A DNA stretch of 64,000 nt from Phoronis australis (GCA_002633005.1 NMRA01000184.1:561255-625254), one strand, 5' to 3'; shown: positions 1-14,683, counted from the stretch's first letter. Notes: generated from the letters alone by a model not told the origin. Translations and numbers: made by a program.

Positions 1-342
1 GAGCCGAGGACTTGACGCGTTATTTTCAATTTTTTGGAAATTGTAACTTTCGACTTTTTGCCGAAAGTAGTTACATTAATGGCTTCCTGTCTCGAATTTG
101 CATCGAGTTCAGCAATAGAAAAACACTTTGAAATATTACATTGTGCGGTTGAAGTGGGCACAATGACCTCGCACATTTAGTTCCACAGTTTGTTTGAAAG
201 TGCTCACAGCACTCAAGTGATGAATGCAACAGGTTTAGCGCTATTTTTTTCTTTTTTTCACTCAGTTCACGCTCCCAAGACCTAAATACCACTGCGACAA
301 GAGATCAGGGGTCAATACAGAAGAGGAAACATGTTGCATGCA

Positions 343-717
343 GACGCGGAGTCAGAAATAACATGTCGCACAACACCGCTTAGCAAACTAGTTTCACAGT
401 ACAAAGACACTTTCATCGATCTTATCGATACCCGACAAAATTCTGGCGCGGAGTCACAGGTTACATGTCGCAGAACACCCTTTAGCAAACAATTTTCACA
501 GTACAAAGACACTTCCATTGATCATATAGATACTCAACAAAATTCTGGGACGGAGCCACAAACTAAATGTCTCACAACAACCCTTAGCAAAGAAATTTCA
601 TCGTACAAAGGCACTTCCATGTATCTTATCGATACTCAACAAAATTCTGGTTCGGAGTCACAAATGACATGTCGCACAACACCGCTTATCAAGCTAGTTG
701 CATAATACAAAGGCACA
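343..717 (+). repeat. Tandem repeat, 102-bp unit, about 3.7 diverged copies, giving a 34-aa repeat ORF (331-705)
   Basis: Unit starts GACGCGGAGTCA (343), GGCGCGGAGTCA (445), GGGACGGAGCCA (547) and GGTTCGGAGTCA (649), exactly 102 bp apart. Translation repeats the motif ..AESQ.TCRTTP.SK..SQYKDTSI.LIDTQQNSG.. Confidence 0.9.
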
Positions 718-3700
718 GTTACGTCGACTCCTAAGAACGGACTAGGCAATAGTCTAAACAAAGGCACTTTACGGTATCCTCCTTGTCGGTGCAAGCTCGG
801 AGTTATCAGGTCTCTCATCGGACGAGCGCAAAATTCTTAAGCGCTAACATGCAGACAAAAGAATCCGTGGAGTAAAAAGAATGAATATATATGGACTTGT
901 TATTACCACAAGAAAAGTAGCATGGATCTCACATTAGTTCATAAGCGGACAATTTGCTAGGTGTCAAAAGAGGTCAAATGGAGGTAATACATTGCCTAAA
1001 CCACGTTTTTAAAGAGCAGTTGCGTGGGGCATTCGGATATTTTCGTAGTCATAGATTTTTCCTCGAAGGCATTTCTAAGATAGGTCTGGGCAACTGTTCC
1101 CGATGCCGTGCTTGCTCCTGATACTACTGAAACTAAAATGCCGGTGTAATATCAAAATGATAACTCCTCGGTGACAGGTCGTTATACATTGAAAACCGAA
1201 GGTGCTGATTTAGTGTTTTGCGCTCTACTTTCTAGTTCAGTCAACTATCACGTGAAACAAAGCCAAAGTGAGGTTCAACTCTGATATTCAATGCTTTTTG
1301 AATCCGTCTTTCCAACTACAAAGATTCGTTTTCCTAATATCCCAACAGCACTGACACCAGATTATATAATCGAGTACCCCCGGAGCCACAAGATCGAGCA
1401 TTTCCCAAGCCTATTCTAGTGGTACTCGGTATCGAAAAAATATCGATATCAAATTGACAATATGGATTTCGAGATCGACCGATTATCAAGTATCGGTAAC
1501 GAACCCTATTATTACTGCGCATGGCTGAAACCTTCGGGAAAATGCTTGACCACACGTTGATGTAATTTAATTATGATTGCCAGTTTGTATTAATTTATAA
1601 CATAGTTTTACAATACATAATTAAAAATAAATTTTTGTTTCGTGTTTGATTACACATTGTACTGTCGCAGCCCCCGTTTTGTCTGGCACGCGGTCGACCT
1701 TTCGCGAGATTTTTCGCTAATCATCCATTTTACGGTTTTATAAAATGCCAGCGGAAGATGATTATAGGCTAAGTTACTTTTAGGGCATAAGGTATCTCCG
1801 AAGAAATTGAAGTCTACGAAAATATCCGAGGTGTTTAGAAGTATTAGCTCCCTGCAGAGGAAATTTTTAATGTTTTTATTATGTTTTCTTTGTAAATATG
1901 TAATTAAAATAAAATAAAATAAAAATAAATTACCACTTAGAAGTTGCTTTTGAATTAAAGAAAATTCACTCTCAAAGATGTTGAATCACTTTCTTACAAT
2001 TTTAAGTACTAGGTTCTGAAATGTTTCGTAAAGAGACCGGGCAGGATTCTAAGAGATTACACAGTTTTGATTTTTCAAGAAAATGTCGATTATCAATCGA
2101 AAAATTAACTTTAACAAAAGCAGCCAGTCGTATTATCACGACCAATAAGTATTCATATTGAGAGCCACGTGACTCATACTTTCCAGGATTCGACAGCGAA
2201 CATAAACATATGCAGTGTGTCGAGTTCGGCACGTAGCTAGTAAATATCCTTCTTTCTCAAGAACTTTTAACTGTACGATCCACCGATGACAGTATTTTAT
2301 ACAAGAATATAACCATCATGCTGCAGAAGTCGTAGTTTTAGCGACTCTCACGGAAGCGAAAATGATGATCAGGAATCCCAGCCTCAGGAATATAAGACCA
2401 CGTTCGATACGGAAATTTGGTGACTTCGATCGTTAAATCTTGGTACACGTATATCAACAGGCTTAGTCATACAACCTGTGACCGCTGAACTAAGAAAATC
2501 TTCAAAAGGTGTTTGTTCGTGTAACTGGTTCGTGAGACTTAGCGGAGATAAGAAAATGATATTCCGCACAAGTATCCAGTTGCCTTGTTGTTTTTCCTGC
2601 GAATAGATAAATTTTCAAGTCATTAATACAAACAGACTTTGATAAGTTGCCAATTGACCGTTCAAAATAAATGTGAAGCGATCTTCAATCATATGTGATT
2701 AAGACAAATCCGGTTGGCAGATTTGTGCTGGCGGTGTGAATGTTAACACTACTGCGGAAGAGATCACGTTAGTTGAGGACACGTCCATGTCACCTGGGGG
2801 AGTGTACCCGTACCTAAGGTTTCTACAGATCCTTCTTCAGCCTTTTTCTTCTCCTCAAATATTAAGATTCTAAAAATGACAACGAAGATGTCATATAACT
2901 TGAGTCTTGTACAGTAGATCACAAACAGTGTAAAAGAATTATAGGTTCCAACTGCAGTTAGTGATGTGTGCCTAGCTGATTTTTTTATGGAGGTTACTAC
3001 TAAGTAGAAAGGGAGAAAAATACACAAGCAATACTGAGGGGGGGGGGTGCAGGAGTCGTTCAAGAGTATCATTTCATTGTTTCCAGGCTACTTCCCTCAC
3101 TGTTACTGCAACTTCATTTTCCCGATCTCCAATAACCAATCTCACCATCTACCTAGTTCTCTCCAAATTATCTCACGGCGTCCCTAACTCCCCCTCGGGG
3201 TTATCGCAAATAGTCGCAGCAAAGTGCGAACAGTTACGAGGCCAACATGTCAGTTAATTCAATATCAATGCCACCACAACATTCCTGGACCTTTTCGTAT
3301 TTTCTTTTATATCAAAAAAAATGTCCCGAAGAACCTTGAAGCGAAAAAAAGTGCAGCAGAAGGTGGATCGTCGTATCCTACTATGGTTACCACTTTGCGT
3401 GGGTACGCCATGAGAAGAGAGCAGTGCGTGGTCAGTTGCATGAAGCAATCCCACATAGGGACTCAGTTAAGAGCCATTCCACGGGAAAATGTTTCAGATT
3501 CAACTTAAACTTTGTGTATGTAATCGTGGTGTGGCTCTGATACAAAAATCACCAATTTTGCACTTATTGACCTCCTAGTTTTATACTTACAAGCCTTCCC
3601 AAGGTTTACGAAGAAAACGACACGTTTTTGCATACCGAAAACAGCAATTTTCCAACAGGTAGATTGCATACAATGGGAGAAAACACATAATGACATTAGA

Positions 3701-5939
3701 AAGTGGGACATGAGGGCTATCAAATAAAACTGATACTAATAATTTCTCTTCGTTCATTATGTGACAAGGGAGACAGGGGAGATAAGTCCGGAAGCACCAT
3801 TGAGCGTTCATAACTGACCGTGGGTCAGATGTTACGTAGGCAGAAGTAATGGCATATTTGCTTGGTGCCAATACCCAAATGGGTTAACGACCTTAGAGAC
3901 AATTTTTAGGCTGACTTGAATTTTTCACGTGACTTTTAATGAAAGATTCCGATTTATGCACTATTTCAAGGCAATTTAGCTTTTATTTATAAACAATTAT
4001 TTTAAATTAAGTGTTCAAGGCTGTATGAAGCGGTGGAACTAAAATTTTGTTCACTTTGAAGGCAAAAGCCTACATCACAGGATGTTCTAAATACAAAACT
4101 GAAAAAATGGTCTAAATCACACGGTGCATTCAAAAGTTATCAGCACTTACGTGTCAAATTTTGACCGGGTCTGATATCTTGCGATGTCACCGGATAGGTT
4201 CCATGTTTAAAGCGCTTAAACTTTATTTTCACAAATATTCTAGGAGCAAAATTTGGTGACACATATCCTTACCTACTATTCTGTACAATCCAATAGTTTA
4301 CACCAGAATTTAATCTTGCTGGTGAATCTTATTGAATGGTTAAAGTGCTCACAATTTAGGTTACTTGGACAACATGGCGACTTTTGTGAACTAAAAGGCA
4401 TGTTCAACCGGCTGCATTGTCATAGGTGGAGATTTAATAATACATTTGCAGACAGACTGCTACAAAAAGCAGTTTTGTAAAATCTTCCAGTGCTTGTGCC
4501 ATAACTATTATGAATCTTCTATTTATTTCAATGTGAAGTGTTCATTCAGTTGACCTAGCACTCTACTAAAAATACTGTTGAAATTGTTTTGAAATCGTCG
4601 TTTTTTGTTTGAAAGTCAACTTTTATTAAGGTATGATTATGTGTCACAACAGGACACCTATTCTCTAACTTGCATGAGTACATTCTGCATGTTTTGTTAC
4701 TTTCTACTTCAAGATATATCCAAGCAATGAAATATGAAAAATCTTACATTTGAATTATGAAAACTGAAGCTTACTCGAATCCTTCTGCCTCATAGCTTCA
4801 TATTTTTATCATGCTTGTCAAATTCTGGTTTATGGCACTCAGTCGGCATGGTAACAATCTACTTCAAAAACCCACGGACTTCTATAAAAAAGTAATGGCC
4901 TGCAGAAAACAGATTCAGTGATATGCTAGTAAACTTTCGTTGCGTTTAGCACCTACTATGCTTTCAAAAGCACCGAGTCAAATTACATAGAGGTTTATGC
5001 ACCTTGTACGCAACTTGGATCCACCACTGCACGAACACTTGGGTTGCAGTGAAGTTTTTATGCCTTGTGCAAATGTTACGCTGGTTAGAATAAAAATTAA
5101 TAGAAATAACGAAAGCTGTCAGTTGTGTTTTTTTTCTGATTTTATTACGAATCGCCATTTCTTGTTGCTGTCTGCCTGACATTTGCTGAAATCAAGGTGG
5201 GTGACTTTTGAAGTAAAATGCTATTACGCCGTTTATCGGGTAGGATTTTGTTCTACCTGCAGCGGGAGCGTCTTACTGCGACCGCGAAGGTAGCAAGTTC
5301 CGATCTCCGCTGGAACTAGTCTCAGAAAATCACTTTTTTCGCACATTAATTCGGTTTTACGCAAAACAACAAATTTCCGGAGAATCTTGTGTAGGAATAC
5401 CAAGTGCAATAAAATGTTGCTTAGAAAATCAACTGAAAATGGAACTACACCAAAATGTGTAATTACATGAAAATAAATGTAGAGCCGTTAATTGGTGTTT
5501 TGTATTCATCAAAAGAAGTAATTACAACGCCATTTACTTGCTTGAAGGCTGTCTATAGAGAAACCATATAACTAAAATGGCCGACATTTTCGACACCTCC
5601 CTCCGATAACCTACTCTCCTGAGCCCCGATCATTACCGTGAATTCCATAATTCAACCGGTTCGCTACCTAAGTCTCGCACAAGACACTGCAAATAACAAT
5701 CGCTCGACTCACGGTTTCCTACGACCCTGCACGGAAATCACGTAACAAGTCAGTTAGACATTACTCATTTTGTTTCAAATTCTGCATTTGACCGTGATAT
5801 CATTAATAATATCATTACTCACGGCTGTTCTTTTGACAATAGAATTATAAGGGAACATACTGGTCAATCAACATTACTCTTATATAAATTGCACGCCTGG
5901 CTAGTTTTTGAATTAATATTTCACTTATTAGAATAGTCA

Positions 5940-6290
5940 CGACCAATCACGTGAAGGAGATGGTCAAGCACAGGTAACACAAATTTAATCATCTCTTAGT
6001 GCGATATGAAACATGTACAGTCGATAGTTACATGTTAAATATTTGTCAAAAAGTACCGTGAAATAACCACGCTTTCCGTGAACGAGATAACAACGCCCAC
6101 GTGCTTTTGTTTGTAAACAGCAGTCAGGGTCGTAGGTCGTGAGTCAACCGGAACTGATGTCACAAACTTGACCTGAATCATGGCGACAACGCTGCAGAGG
6201 GAACGTGTTTGAATCGGTATGTCCGTTGTAAGGTCGCAAAGATACGAGATTCACTTCAAATTCTAGTTTATTGGGCTTATTTGAAACAAG
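5940..6290 (+). promoter_or_regulatory. Probable promoter/5'UTR of the PTB-domain gene
   Basis: Relatively CpG-rich stretch immediately before ATG 6291, with E-box CACGTG (about 5948 and 6098), forkhead-like TGTAAACA (about 6112), ETS-like CCGGAA (about 6148) and YY1-like ATGGCG (6180). These are motif matches only; the TSS is unknown. Confidence 0.4.
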
Positions 6291-6503
6291 ATGTATCCAA
6301 ACAAGTCGCGCAAAAGCGTGGATGAAACTGATAGAAAGTCTTACTGTAGTAAACAGGAAGATTTCGAAAAGCGACTCGCCAAGAAAAAAGGCCTGGAGAT
6401 TGACCAACTTCCCGACGGTGTGGCGTTTAGTCCCCCAGCCGTAAGCGTCGGTGAGAAACCTGAGGAGAAAAAGGACGACGACACTTTTGTCAAGAAAGCA
6501 TCG
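6291..6503 (+). CDS. SH2D5: SH2D5-like PTB-domain adaptor, coding exon 1 (MYPNKSRK...DDDTFVKKAS, 71 aa)
   Basis: ATG 6291 preceded by in-frame stops; strong donor TCG|GTAAGT at 6504, phase 0. Splices to exon 2 to give TFVKKAS|YIGSF, matching the start of the SH2D5-type PTB domain (human ..TKFAQYVGSF.., from memory). Confidence 0.75.
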
Positions 6504-9500
6504 GTAAGTGATATCTGTTGTAACAACCTATGTTAGTTTTAGTCGTATGAAAGGAAATCGATGTGTGATTAGCTCACAACAATGAGCTGTCTGAGTGCTT
6601 TTCCGATCAGCTGATCAGGTTGATCGAGTGTAACTCATCACAGTATGGGTGTTGAACTTGGCTGAATTGGTAGACATGCCTGTACTATTATACAAGAGCG
6701 TGTTCATGTTCGAAGAAAGTTGAAGTTGTAGAACATTTCCTTGTGCACTGCTTATACATAGTACATAGGACTGAAAACCAGTTCCAGTGATGAATTGAAC
6801 CTAGGCTTGCTTAGTGGCCAACAGAGGCGATGGTCATTGCCTAAGTAGGGAGTTGCCATATATTGTTGTCAGACTAATTTTGTTGACTTTTTATGCAGAG
6901 CTGTTCTCCCTGATTTTGAGAAGCAGGCAACCACTGTGTCTGTTTGAATTTGTCTAAATCATACACCAGCAAAAGTGACTGTAAGAGCTCTGTACACCCA
7001 CAGGCGTCCTCAGCTTCTGACCGTCCCCAATACACTATATATAATACTACAAGGTATGACACTCCCGACCAGAAATTCCACGGTTGCTTCACTTCAGCCA
7101 TCCATATCAATCTCAAAACTCAATAAATTTACACAAAACGAGGTTTTAACAAACCATTAGCAATTGTTCTTTCTTCTAATACCATTCACGGTGTCCTGCT
7201 CCAGCAAGATTGCAACAAATTCGCGGTCAATACACAAAAATGTTCCAAAAAAGCCCACCGAGCTTCCTTTGACGGTTCGAGGTCATCTTTAACTGTTTTT
7301 ATTGTGCTTCAAAACTGGCTTCAGTGACCTAGAACTGATGTTGAATGAGTCTAGAAATACAAATTTCTGTTTTTCGGTTTTGTGGTGCAAAATTTCTACC
7401 AAGATAATGTAACTTGGTTTTCTGGATACAAGCAGTCAGTTATTATCGCCAAAGTAAATTAGCGATCCAGAAATGGCGTATTGGTTGTTAGGTAACAGTA
7501 AATTTGTTTTTGTCCCAATCATTGTGGACGCACTTAAGCTGCTAATTATTAAATGTGTGTCACACTTAGCTCAGTGTATTTTCTTTTGTAAGAAGCACAT
7601 CGCTGCGTGGTGTTAGCAACGTGGTAGAGTGAAATTTCTTTATTTAACCTTTTTGCCTGTTGTGTGCTAAAACCAGTTTTACAAGGAGCCATTCTATGTT
7701 TGCCTGGTTCTCAAAGTCAGTGAGTGGGACAGATTTCAGAAATTCCCATCAATAGAGAGTGAGTTGTGGGAAGCTTAAGTGTTACCAGAGTTGTGTCATG
7801 AGGTGATAAATAATGTGAGATGGAAGCAAATTCTGTCTCATCTCATTCATAGCTGATGGATTTCTGTTTCTGTTGCTCTCTCCTGATCTGTTATTCCAAC
7901 CCAGTTTTCAGTCTGTCTTTCCCTCAGCCACACTGCATTGATTGGTTGGTGGCCAGGGCATTTGTGTTATGTAACTGGAGAATTCATTCCTGGAAGACTG
8001 GAGTGCTTTTCAAACCAGTCTGACCTAATGAATATCCCTGAGTAAAAATGAAAAGTGACAGTGACCACACATGAACAATGAACAGTGGGCACTAAACATG
8101 TTACTATACTATTGGGTGTGATATCAGTAATGGGATGTGGTTATTGTCAGAGCTGAAATTCAACAAAGTAGTTTTGTGATTCATTTTGCCTACTGTCCTT
8201 CAATTGCATGCATCAGACAGCTTAAAAGTTTGCTTGTGTTTGTGTATGGAACTTTGTTCAATTAATTTCCAAGATAGCAGGAGTCTGGGGTCTGGTTTGC
8301 AAGCCACACATGTCAAGAGATAGTGGTTGAATTCCATGTTGGTGCTTGTATCATAATACCTAAGTTAATTTATGGCAGTTGAGTCACTGTTATGATATGT
8401 GCTGGCCATTCAGTAGCCTGTGTGCTTGAGGGCTGGGCTGCTGGTAATCCTTTTATAGGAGATTAGGCTTTGTCCCCTTTGTTTGGGCTTAGGGTTTGGC
8501 ATCTCCCATTCTGTTGGTGTGCTGTGAACTGACCACTTCCTGTTGAAACAGCTATCTGGAGTCTGACCCCATGTACATAAAGCCTTTATCTGTCTGGTTT
8601 GGAATTAACAGGGTTTAATTATCATTCAAGGATTAAAGTTTCCTGGTTTCAATTATGAAGTGATCTAGGGGCTTTTAACAAGTACTAGCAATGTTTCAAT
8701 GAATCAATTTAACAGTGGTTGAAAGTGATTACTGCCTTGGAGGATAATTATAATTCTGGGGCCTCATTCCATGAGACTCATGAAAAACCTACTTGTTCAG
8801 AATCAGAACCAGGATTTTTAAAGGGGTGGGGGGTTGTCCAACAATTCTAGCTTTGGTATCACTAAAATCATGGTAAAAATGAGGGGTCGTAGAGTTATAA
8901 GGATGTAACTAAACTCTGTTGAACTCTGTCGTGTAGCTTCATAGCTTTTCACATATTTTTCCATTTGTCCGAAAATGTTTGATGTCAGATTATTGCTTTA
9001 ACCTATTTGCCATCCACCACAGAACATTTGCAACACTACAACTGTGCATTGGTTTTGTTTTTATTCTAGTACTAGTATCCTCTCATCTATTTCCTCAAGC
9101 CTTGTGGCATGTAGAGTGCGCTGCCAGTTAAACAGAGTATGCAGTTGGATTGCCAGCCAATTTTCAGTACAATTTGATTCGGTACTAAGGATGAGTGGTC
9201 GTGAAGAAATGTGTTTACCACGTTATATCGCATAAACCACATTTCCTTTGTGTGTCTCTTTGGTACGATGCAGTTTCCCATTAACATCACATCAAATTTT
9301 TAAGCTTTCTCCAGAAAGTTAAAAAAAGAAAAAAAAACGGATTGATTGACATGGTTATCCTGACAAAGGTGGCAGAGTAAATCAACAAACCCTCAAGGGT
9401 CAACTGTTCAGTTGTTTTTTTTTTCTGCTAGTCTTGTGACACTGCGTTTTTAATTACCCAAGTGAAACTCCTTGAGTCGTATTCCTGGGTCGTGTTTCTC

Positions 9501-12500
9501 GAAGAGACTCTTGCCTTTTGTTTTTGTTCAAAAGTCAGATATCCAACTACAGTTGATTTTCTGTCTTTTGCATTCCTCAATTGTGTTCTGTCTAGTTTAG
9601 CAGGCTATGGATTTGTAGACATATTCTCTGACTTCCAGCCATGGCCTGTTTTCTTCAAACAGGCTAAGCCATCGGTAGATTAGTTTTTAGTCGAAAGTCA
9701 TGACAAAACCACTACACTCTTGGTGAAACAGAAGCCTTGAGTTTCTATCTCATTATCTGTTAGTTATCATGATGTGACATGAGAGACATCAGAGACATTG
9801 TGCACTGTCATGGCACACACTACTGAACCAGCACTTGAGTACTGCTATAATCACTATATATAGTCTTTTAATTTTTAATGTGACATGTCTTAAATTGAAT
9901 TTCTTTACAGAGTTTATAAATAAATTGTGACTGACAAATCAGTGGATCTTTTGGGGGAAGCCTTTGACCTCAGTGGCAAAATCAGCTCTCTGTTGATATT
10001 ATGTAACCAGACTCACTGCATCTGCTATAGATTCATTGCTTGCTTCTTTTCATGTCTTCTCATTTTGTCAAATTTTTATTGAACCTAAGGTACGAGCTTA
10101 AATTCTTGGCCAGGGGTCAATGTTCTTGTTTGGGAGCAAGACCCAGTCAACAAATACAGGATCTGGTGGCTAACAAGAATTTCTTGTAGGGTGTCATAAC
10201 TATTATCTGTAAAGTTCAGACCTGTTTACATAGTTCATCTTAGGCCAGTTGTAAGCATACATATGGTCATCTTCTCAGCCACAGGAAAATGCCTTTGGAT
10301 CTGGATACGAAATGTGATCTGAGTTAAAGATTCAATTTTCCAATTACGGAAATTGCAATATTTTGTGGTCATTGTTTTCTTGAACTCTAAATTACTATTC
10401 ATTCGGTGTGGTAACATCTCAACAATTTCGGACAAAAATAGTTATCTGCTATTACCAAAATTGCTGGTTTTACATTTTTCAAAGACTTCCAACACTGTTT
10501 TAGCATGGTTTCTAAAGCATAGTTGGCACTAAGTAATCATTTTGTGAGCTTTTGAAAAACAGAAGCAGGGCACTTTCTAGCCAGTTGAATAGGTTGAAAT
10601 GCAGGCTGTAATAAAAACTTCAATATCTGTTGTGGACCAGCTCTAACAATTTTTGCCAACAGTTAGTTCACGCCTCCAACTTTTAGAGCATTCCTACGCT
10701 GTCATTCCTGCAGAGGTAAGTCTATCGACTTGCATTGCCTTTCATAGCAATGTCGACAAGTGGAAATTTTGGAAAGACTACTAGTCCTGGATCAGTAGTG
10801 TCGGTGAACATTGCTGTAAACAGATGGATTTAACATCGAATCAAAATGTGGATGCTCTTGTATAAAGTTGCTTAGCTAGTGCCCACCGGTTTGCTTTAAT
10901 TCACCTTCTCTTAATGCCTGGAAGATTATTAGAAATAATTAGACTTGTGTTGTTTGCTGTTCTCTGTAATGTCCCTTTAATGAGTATCTAACTAAATCTA
11001 AATTACTTCCTGGAATTTCGGTAATTTGTCATATTACGTTTACTTATCATTATGACAGACTCATTAATTCCCCCTGTAATAACTTACATATTGCACAAAG
11101 TGCATTGATTCCTGAACCTGATGTGATAAAATGTAACTTGTGAATAGCTTTTTGTAGGAATTCTGTAAACGCCCCTTATCCAAATACATGCACATAGACC
11201 TACTGTGTACATTTGGAAAATTTTCGGAACACAGCCTCATGGTCAATTATAGTTATCTGAGGTTTGTAGATTTCCTAAAATGAACACAGTAACCAGCGTA
11301 GAGCAAAAACAAGGAATTTGTGAGAAACATTGTGTATTTTAGCATATTTCTGGTTTATAACAAAATACACGTTTTTAATTGGCAATTCTTCATCTAAATA
11401 TGGAGGACAAGTGAATTTCATTTTTTCACTTTTCCATAAACACAAAGTATAGGAAAATTTTAGCATATTATTAGCTTGGCTTGTACAGTCGCAGAAAAAA
11501 ATTGGTAAAGATATTATTCGCTGGTTGCATGAATTCGTCATTATGCTTGTAAGTAAGCAGTTGTGTCCAAGGAAGCTACAGTAGTTATGTGTGTTTGGAA
11601 CAGGCACGCTTTCACGTTGGCGGCGTTAAAATTGATGCTAAAATGAGACATATTGTCTTAAAGAACAATGCACAACAAACACTTTTGCAGTGCCAGCAGC
11701 AGTAAATTACTTGCAGGAGGATAATTTGCCTTTTAACTATGGAAAATGATAATTTTGGTAATTATTTTTTTACAAAACAAGGGGAGAATTACTGTATGTC
11801 CATACAAACTTTGCAAGCTGCACAATTGTGGGTGATTCCACGACAACACATTCATGTAGAGCTGCTGCTGTACCTTGGACTGGGAGGATCTGATGAAACT
11901 GATGCGGCTGGCGATGACTGGAATGATTTGAGATTAGTGCTAACTCATCAGCTGGACTTAGTTTTAGGAATGGGCCTAATTATTTCTCTCCCTCTTGCTT
12001 TGTGCCTTTCTGAAAAAATTATATTGGTTTTGAGGATACTTTGTTTGGACAAGAAGTTTTGTCTTTATCCTTAAATTTCAATAATTTTTAGTGATTTTTA
12101 TACCTGGCAGTGCCAACTCGTTGCGTAATGTAGTACTTCAAAAGTAAGTTTGTAGGCTCCTATCTCTGTATTAAGGTGTTTGATTTCCTGTGTGTGTGGG
12201 TTTTTGTGGCCATAAGACCAAAATTTCTTGTAGTGACTGCTAAGCAATCTTGTTTGTCAACTGAGTAATGGCTACAGGTGCCTAGTAAACTCTTAAAGCA
12301 TCTTGTTGGGCGTCCTTGTAAAACGGACATTGATTATCAACTTTTGAAGACCTTATATTTACATCATGAGTTCTGGTATCGTTTTTTCTCCTTGCAGACA
12401 TGTGGACTGGGTAGTTCTACCTTGATGCCTCAGGCATTTTACTGTAACTAACTCCTTCTCTCTAGACACGTCACCTGTCTATAGGTAAATAAGTGTAAAT

Positions 12501-12756
12501 TATAGAGGCGGAGGCTACAGGTCGTGGAACACAATTTACGTAGCTTAAATTTTGAGAAACCAAAACAATATCTGTGGCAGTTGCAATGCCCAATGAAGGA
12601 AAATATAGTGTGGGTGTTTCACTATGAAAGAAAATGTTCTGTTCTGCTTCATTTGCAATAGTATAAACTTGACATTTCCATATTTTTGACCTTTGACCAG
12701 TGGAGCTATTTTTTAATTGATGAACCCAATGCAAATTGTGAGACAAGTTGGCCGAC

Positions 12757-12800
12757 ATGGCTTTTGGCAAGGGAACCCATGGCTTTTGGCAAGGGAACCC
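12757..12800. repeat. Perfect tandem duplication, 22 bp x2
   Basis: ATGGCTTTTGGCAAGGGAACCC repeated twice. Confidence 0.9.
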
Positions 12801-14491
12801 GTTGACTGTCATTGACTGGAACATTAGACTGTAACTAATTTACATAGGGCATAGGGTCAAGGGATGCTCATAGATTTATAAGAGGGTTGTCTCTTCTGGA
12901 TTTTTCAGTGGCATAATTAAACGGGAGATTTCTGTAATTTGGGAATCCTAAAAATATTTGTGGTCACATGATTAGAACTGAAGATGATTATTTTATAATC
13001 CAGGTATGTTTTGTAAGAACCATGAAGGTACAGAATTGAAACTTGTCAAGCGACAACTGACACTTGAAGATATATGGTCTTCTAACCACGTCTCACCTGC
13101 TGTTCAGTGTGTTTCTGGTATTTGTCTTTTGTTTCTGCCTCCAGGGCTTTTTGACTACACGTTCCCCAACAGAGACCATGTAATAAAAATCAGACTTAAC
13201 AACAGGTTGACATTTCAAAAGTCAGAGAGATGGCCCCAGACATGACACCTATACATGATGCATGTTTTATGAAAGTTCAAAGTCGTCACAGTGTCTGTTA
13301 GTGACTCAAATCTGCTATGGTTTACTCTTGACTTGTACTGTCTGAAAAACGGTATACCCCATTGTAAAACTGGCTAAACTGTTAGCATTTTCACTAGCAC
13401 TTTCCCTAACAACAGAAACACCATGTAAACGGTCACCAGTTTCACTTTTACTGGTGCTTTGCTTGCTGTTTGAATTACCCCAAAACTGCTGACCACTAAG
13501 GATACAAATGCTTGGTGGTAAGAGGCCTTTATTTATTGCCATATTAATCAATTCATGTCCATTTTGACATCATATTTTCATAAAAGCAATTCAGGTGGTC
13601 AGGAAATGAACTGCTGGGAAAATGACCTCTCGTGGACAACCGGTCTTATCTTGCTAAAATGCTTGCGAAACATTAGCGTTTTCACCACTCATGTGATCAT
13701 AATAATGAACTTGCATTCATGAAATTTTTATTTGGTGTTATGGGAATTGGGGAGTCACGAGAAATATTATAATTGACAGTGTGACTTTAGGCTCAAGTCC
13801 AGTGATAACTTGTTGAGCGTGATGTGAACATGTTGAAGCCAAATTGTCAGAAATGTGTCAAGTTCGAACAGAGATTGTTTACTGAACTTACAGGTTAGAA
13901 TGAATTCCAAGAACTGCTTTTCTCAACAGCCACCAGTGTATGTGTTCACTGAGTGTGTGCAACACTGCAGAATCAACAGGCCACTGTGCTGTCTAGTGTT
14001 CAAACCTACCATACCTCTTGTATATTACGAAACTGTCACAATATTTATTGTACCCTGCATCATCAACTGATAACAGTTTCCAGCCAATGATTAAGCAGTC
14101 AGGTGATATCCTATCTGGGGATTACAACAAATTTAAAGCATTTTTCACAGTGAGCAAACGATCATTGGTTAATTTTTTCAAACGGGAATAGTTGACTAAG
14201 TTGTCATTTTTTCATTAGGCAAATGCTTATTACTTTGGTGAAATGCTCAGAATTTTCCCATCTGATGTGTTTTATGCAATATGTGCTTTTTGAAGTAAAA
14301 CGTCTCTTTTCTGCCGTATTATTTCCTAATTTGAGGAAGCTTTGCTGCTATTATTCATGATGTGCTTTTGTAACCGTATTCAAATGTCTGAGAGAAATAA
14401 TTGCCAAAATTGTCTTTTTTTTCAATTTTTAGTTAGTTTATAGTTAGTGTCCTCAAATCTTCAAAATAGTCTGGTGGGAGTTATGGTACAG

Positions 14492-14647
14492 GTGGCCGTT
14501 CCAAGAAAAGTGACTTGGTTGAGACAAATCTTAAATTTCAGTCAATTTTAATACGAAACTTAAATTTCTCTCAAGACCATTTCAAGGAAGAGATCTCAAG
14601 TTTGACTTAAGTTTTTGACTTTTTGTCTTAAATTTTGAAACAGGCCC
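14492..14647. mobile_element. Internally deleted MITE, PIF/Harbinger-like; same family as 33010-33233
   Basis: Termini GTGGCCGTTCCAAG ... TTGAAACAGGCCC flanked by CAG on both sides. The first ~120 bp align by eye with 33010-33135 (GACAAATCTTAAATT...GAAACTTAAATTT.TCTCAAGAC). Confidence 0.55.
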
Positions 14648-14658
14648 CAGAATGTGAG

Positions 14659-14683
14659 TATATATACATATATATATATATAT
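14659..14683. repeat. (TA)n microsatellite
   Basis: TATATATACATATATATATATATAT. Confidence 0.85.

Noticed and set aside
3880-5600. Possible large non-autonomous DNA transposon upstream of the gene
   Set aside because: The sequence texture is repeat-like, but TIRs, TSD and coding remnants could not be defined.
10687-10721. Strong donor GAG|GTAAGT in intron 1 suggesting a cassette exon
   Set aside because: The candidate exon from the nearest acceptor is 29 nt and would break the phase-0 frame; no other support.
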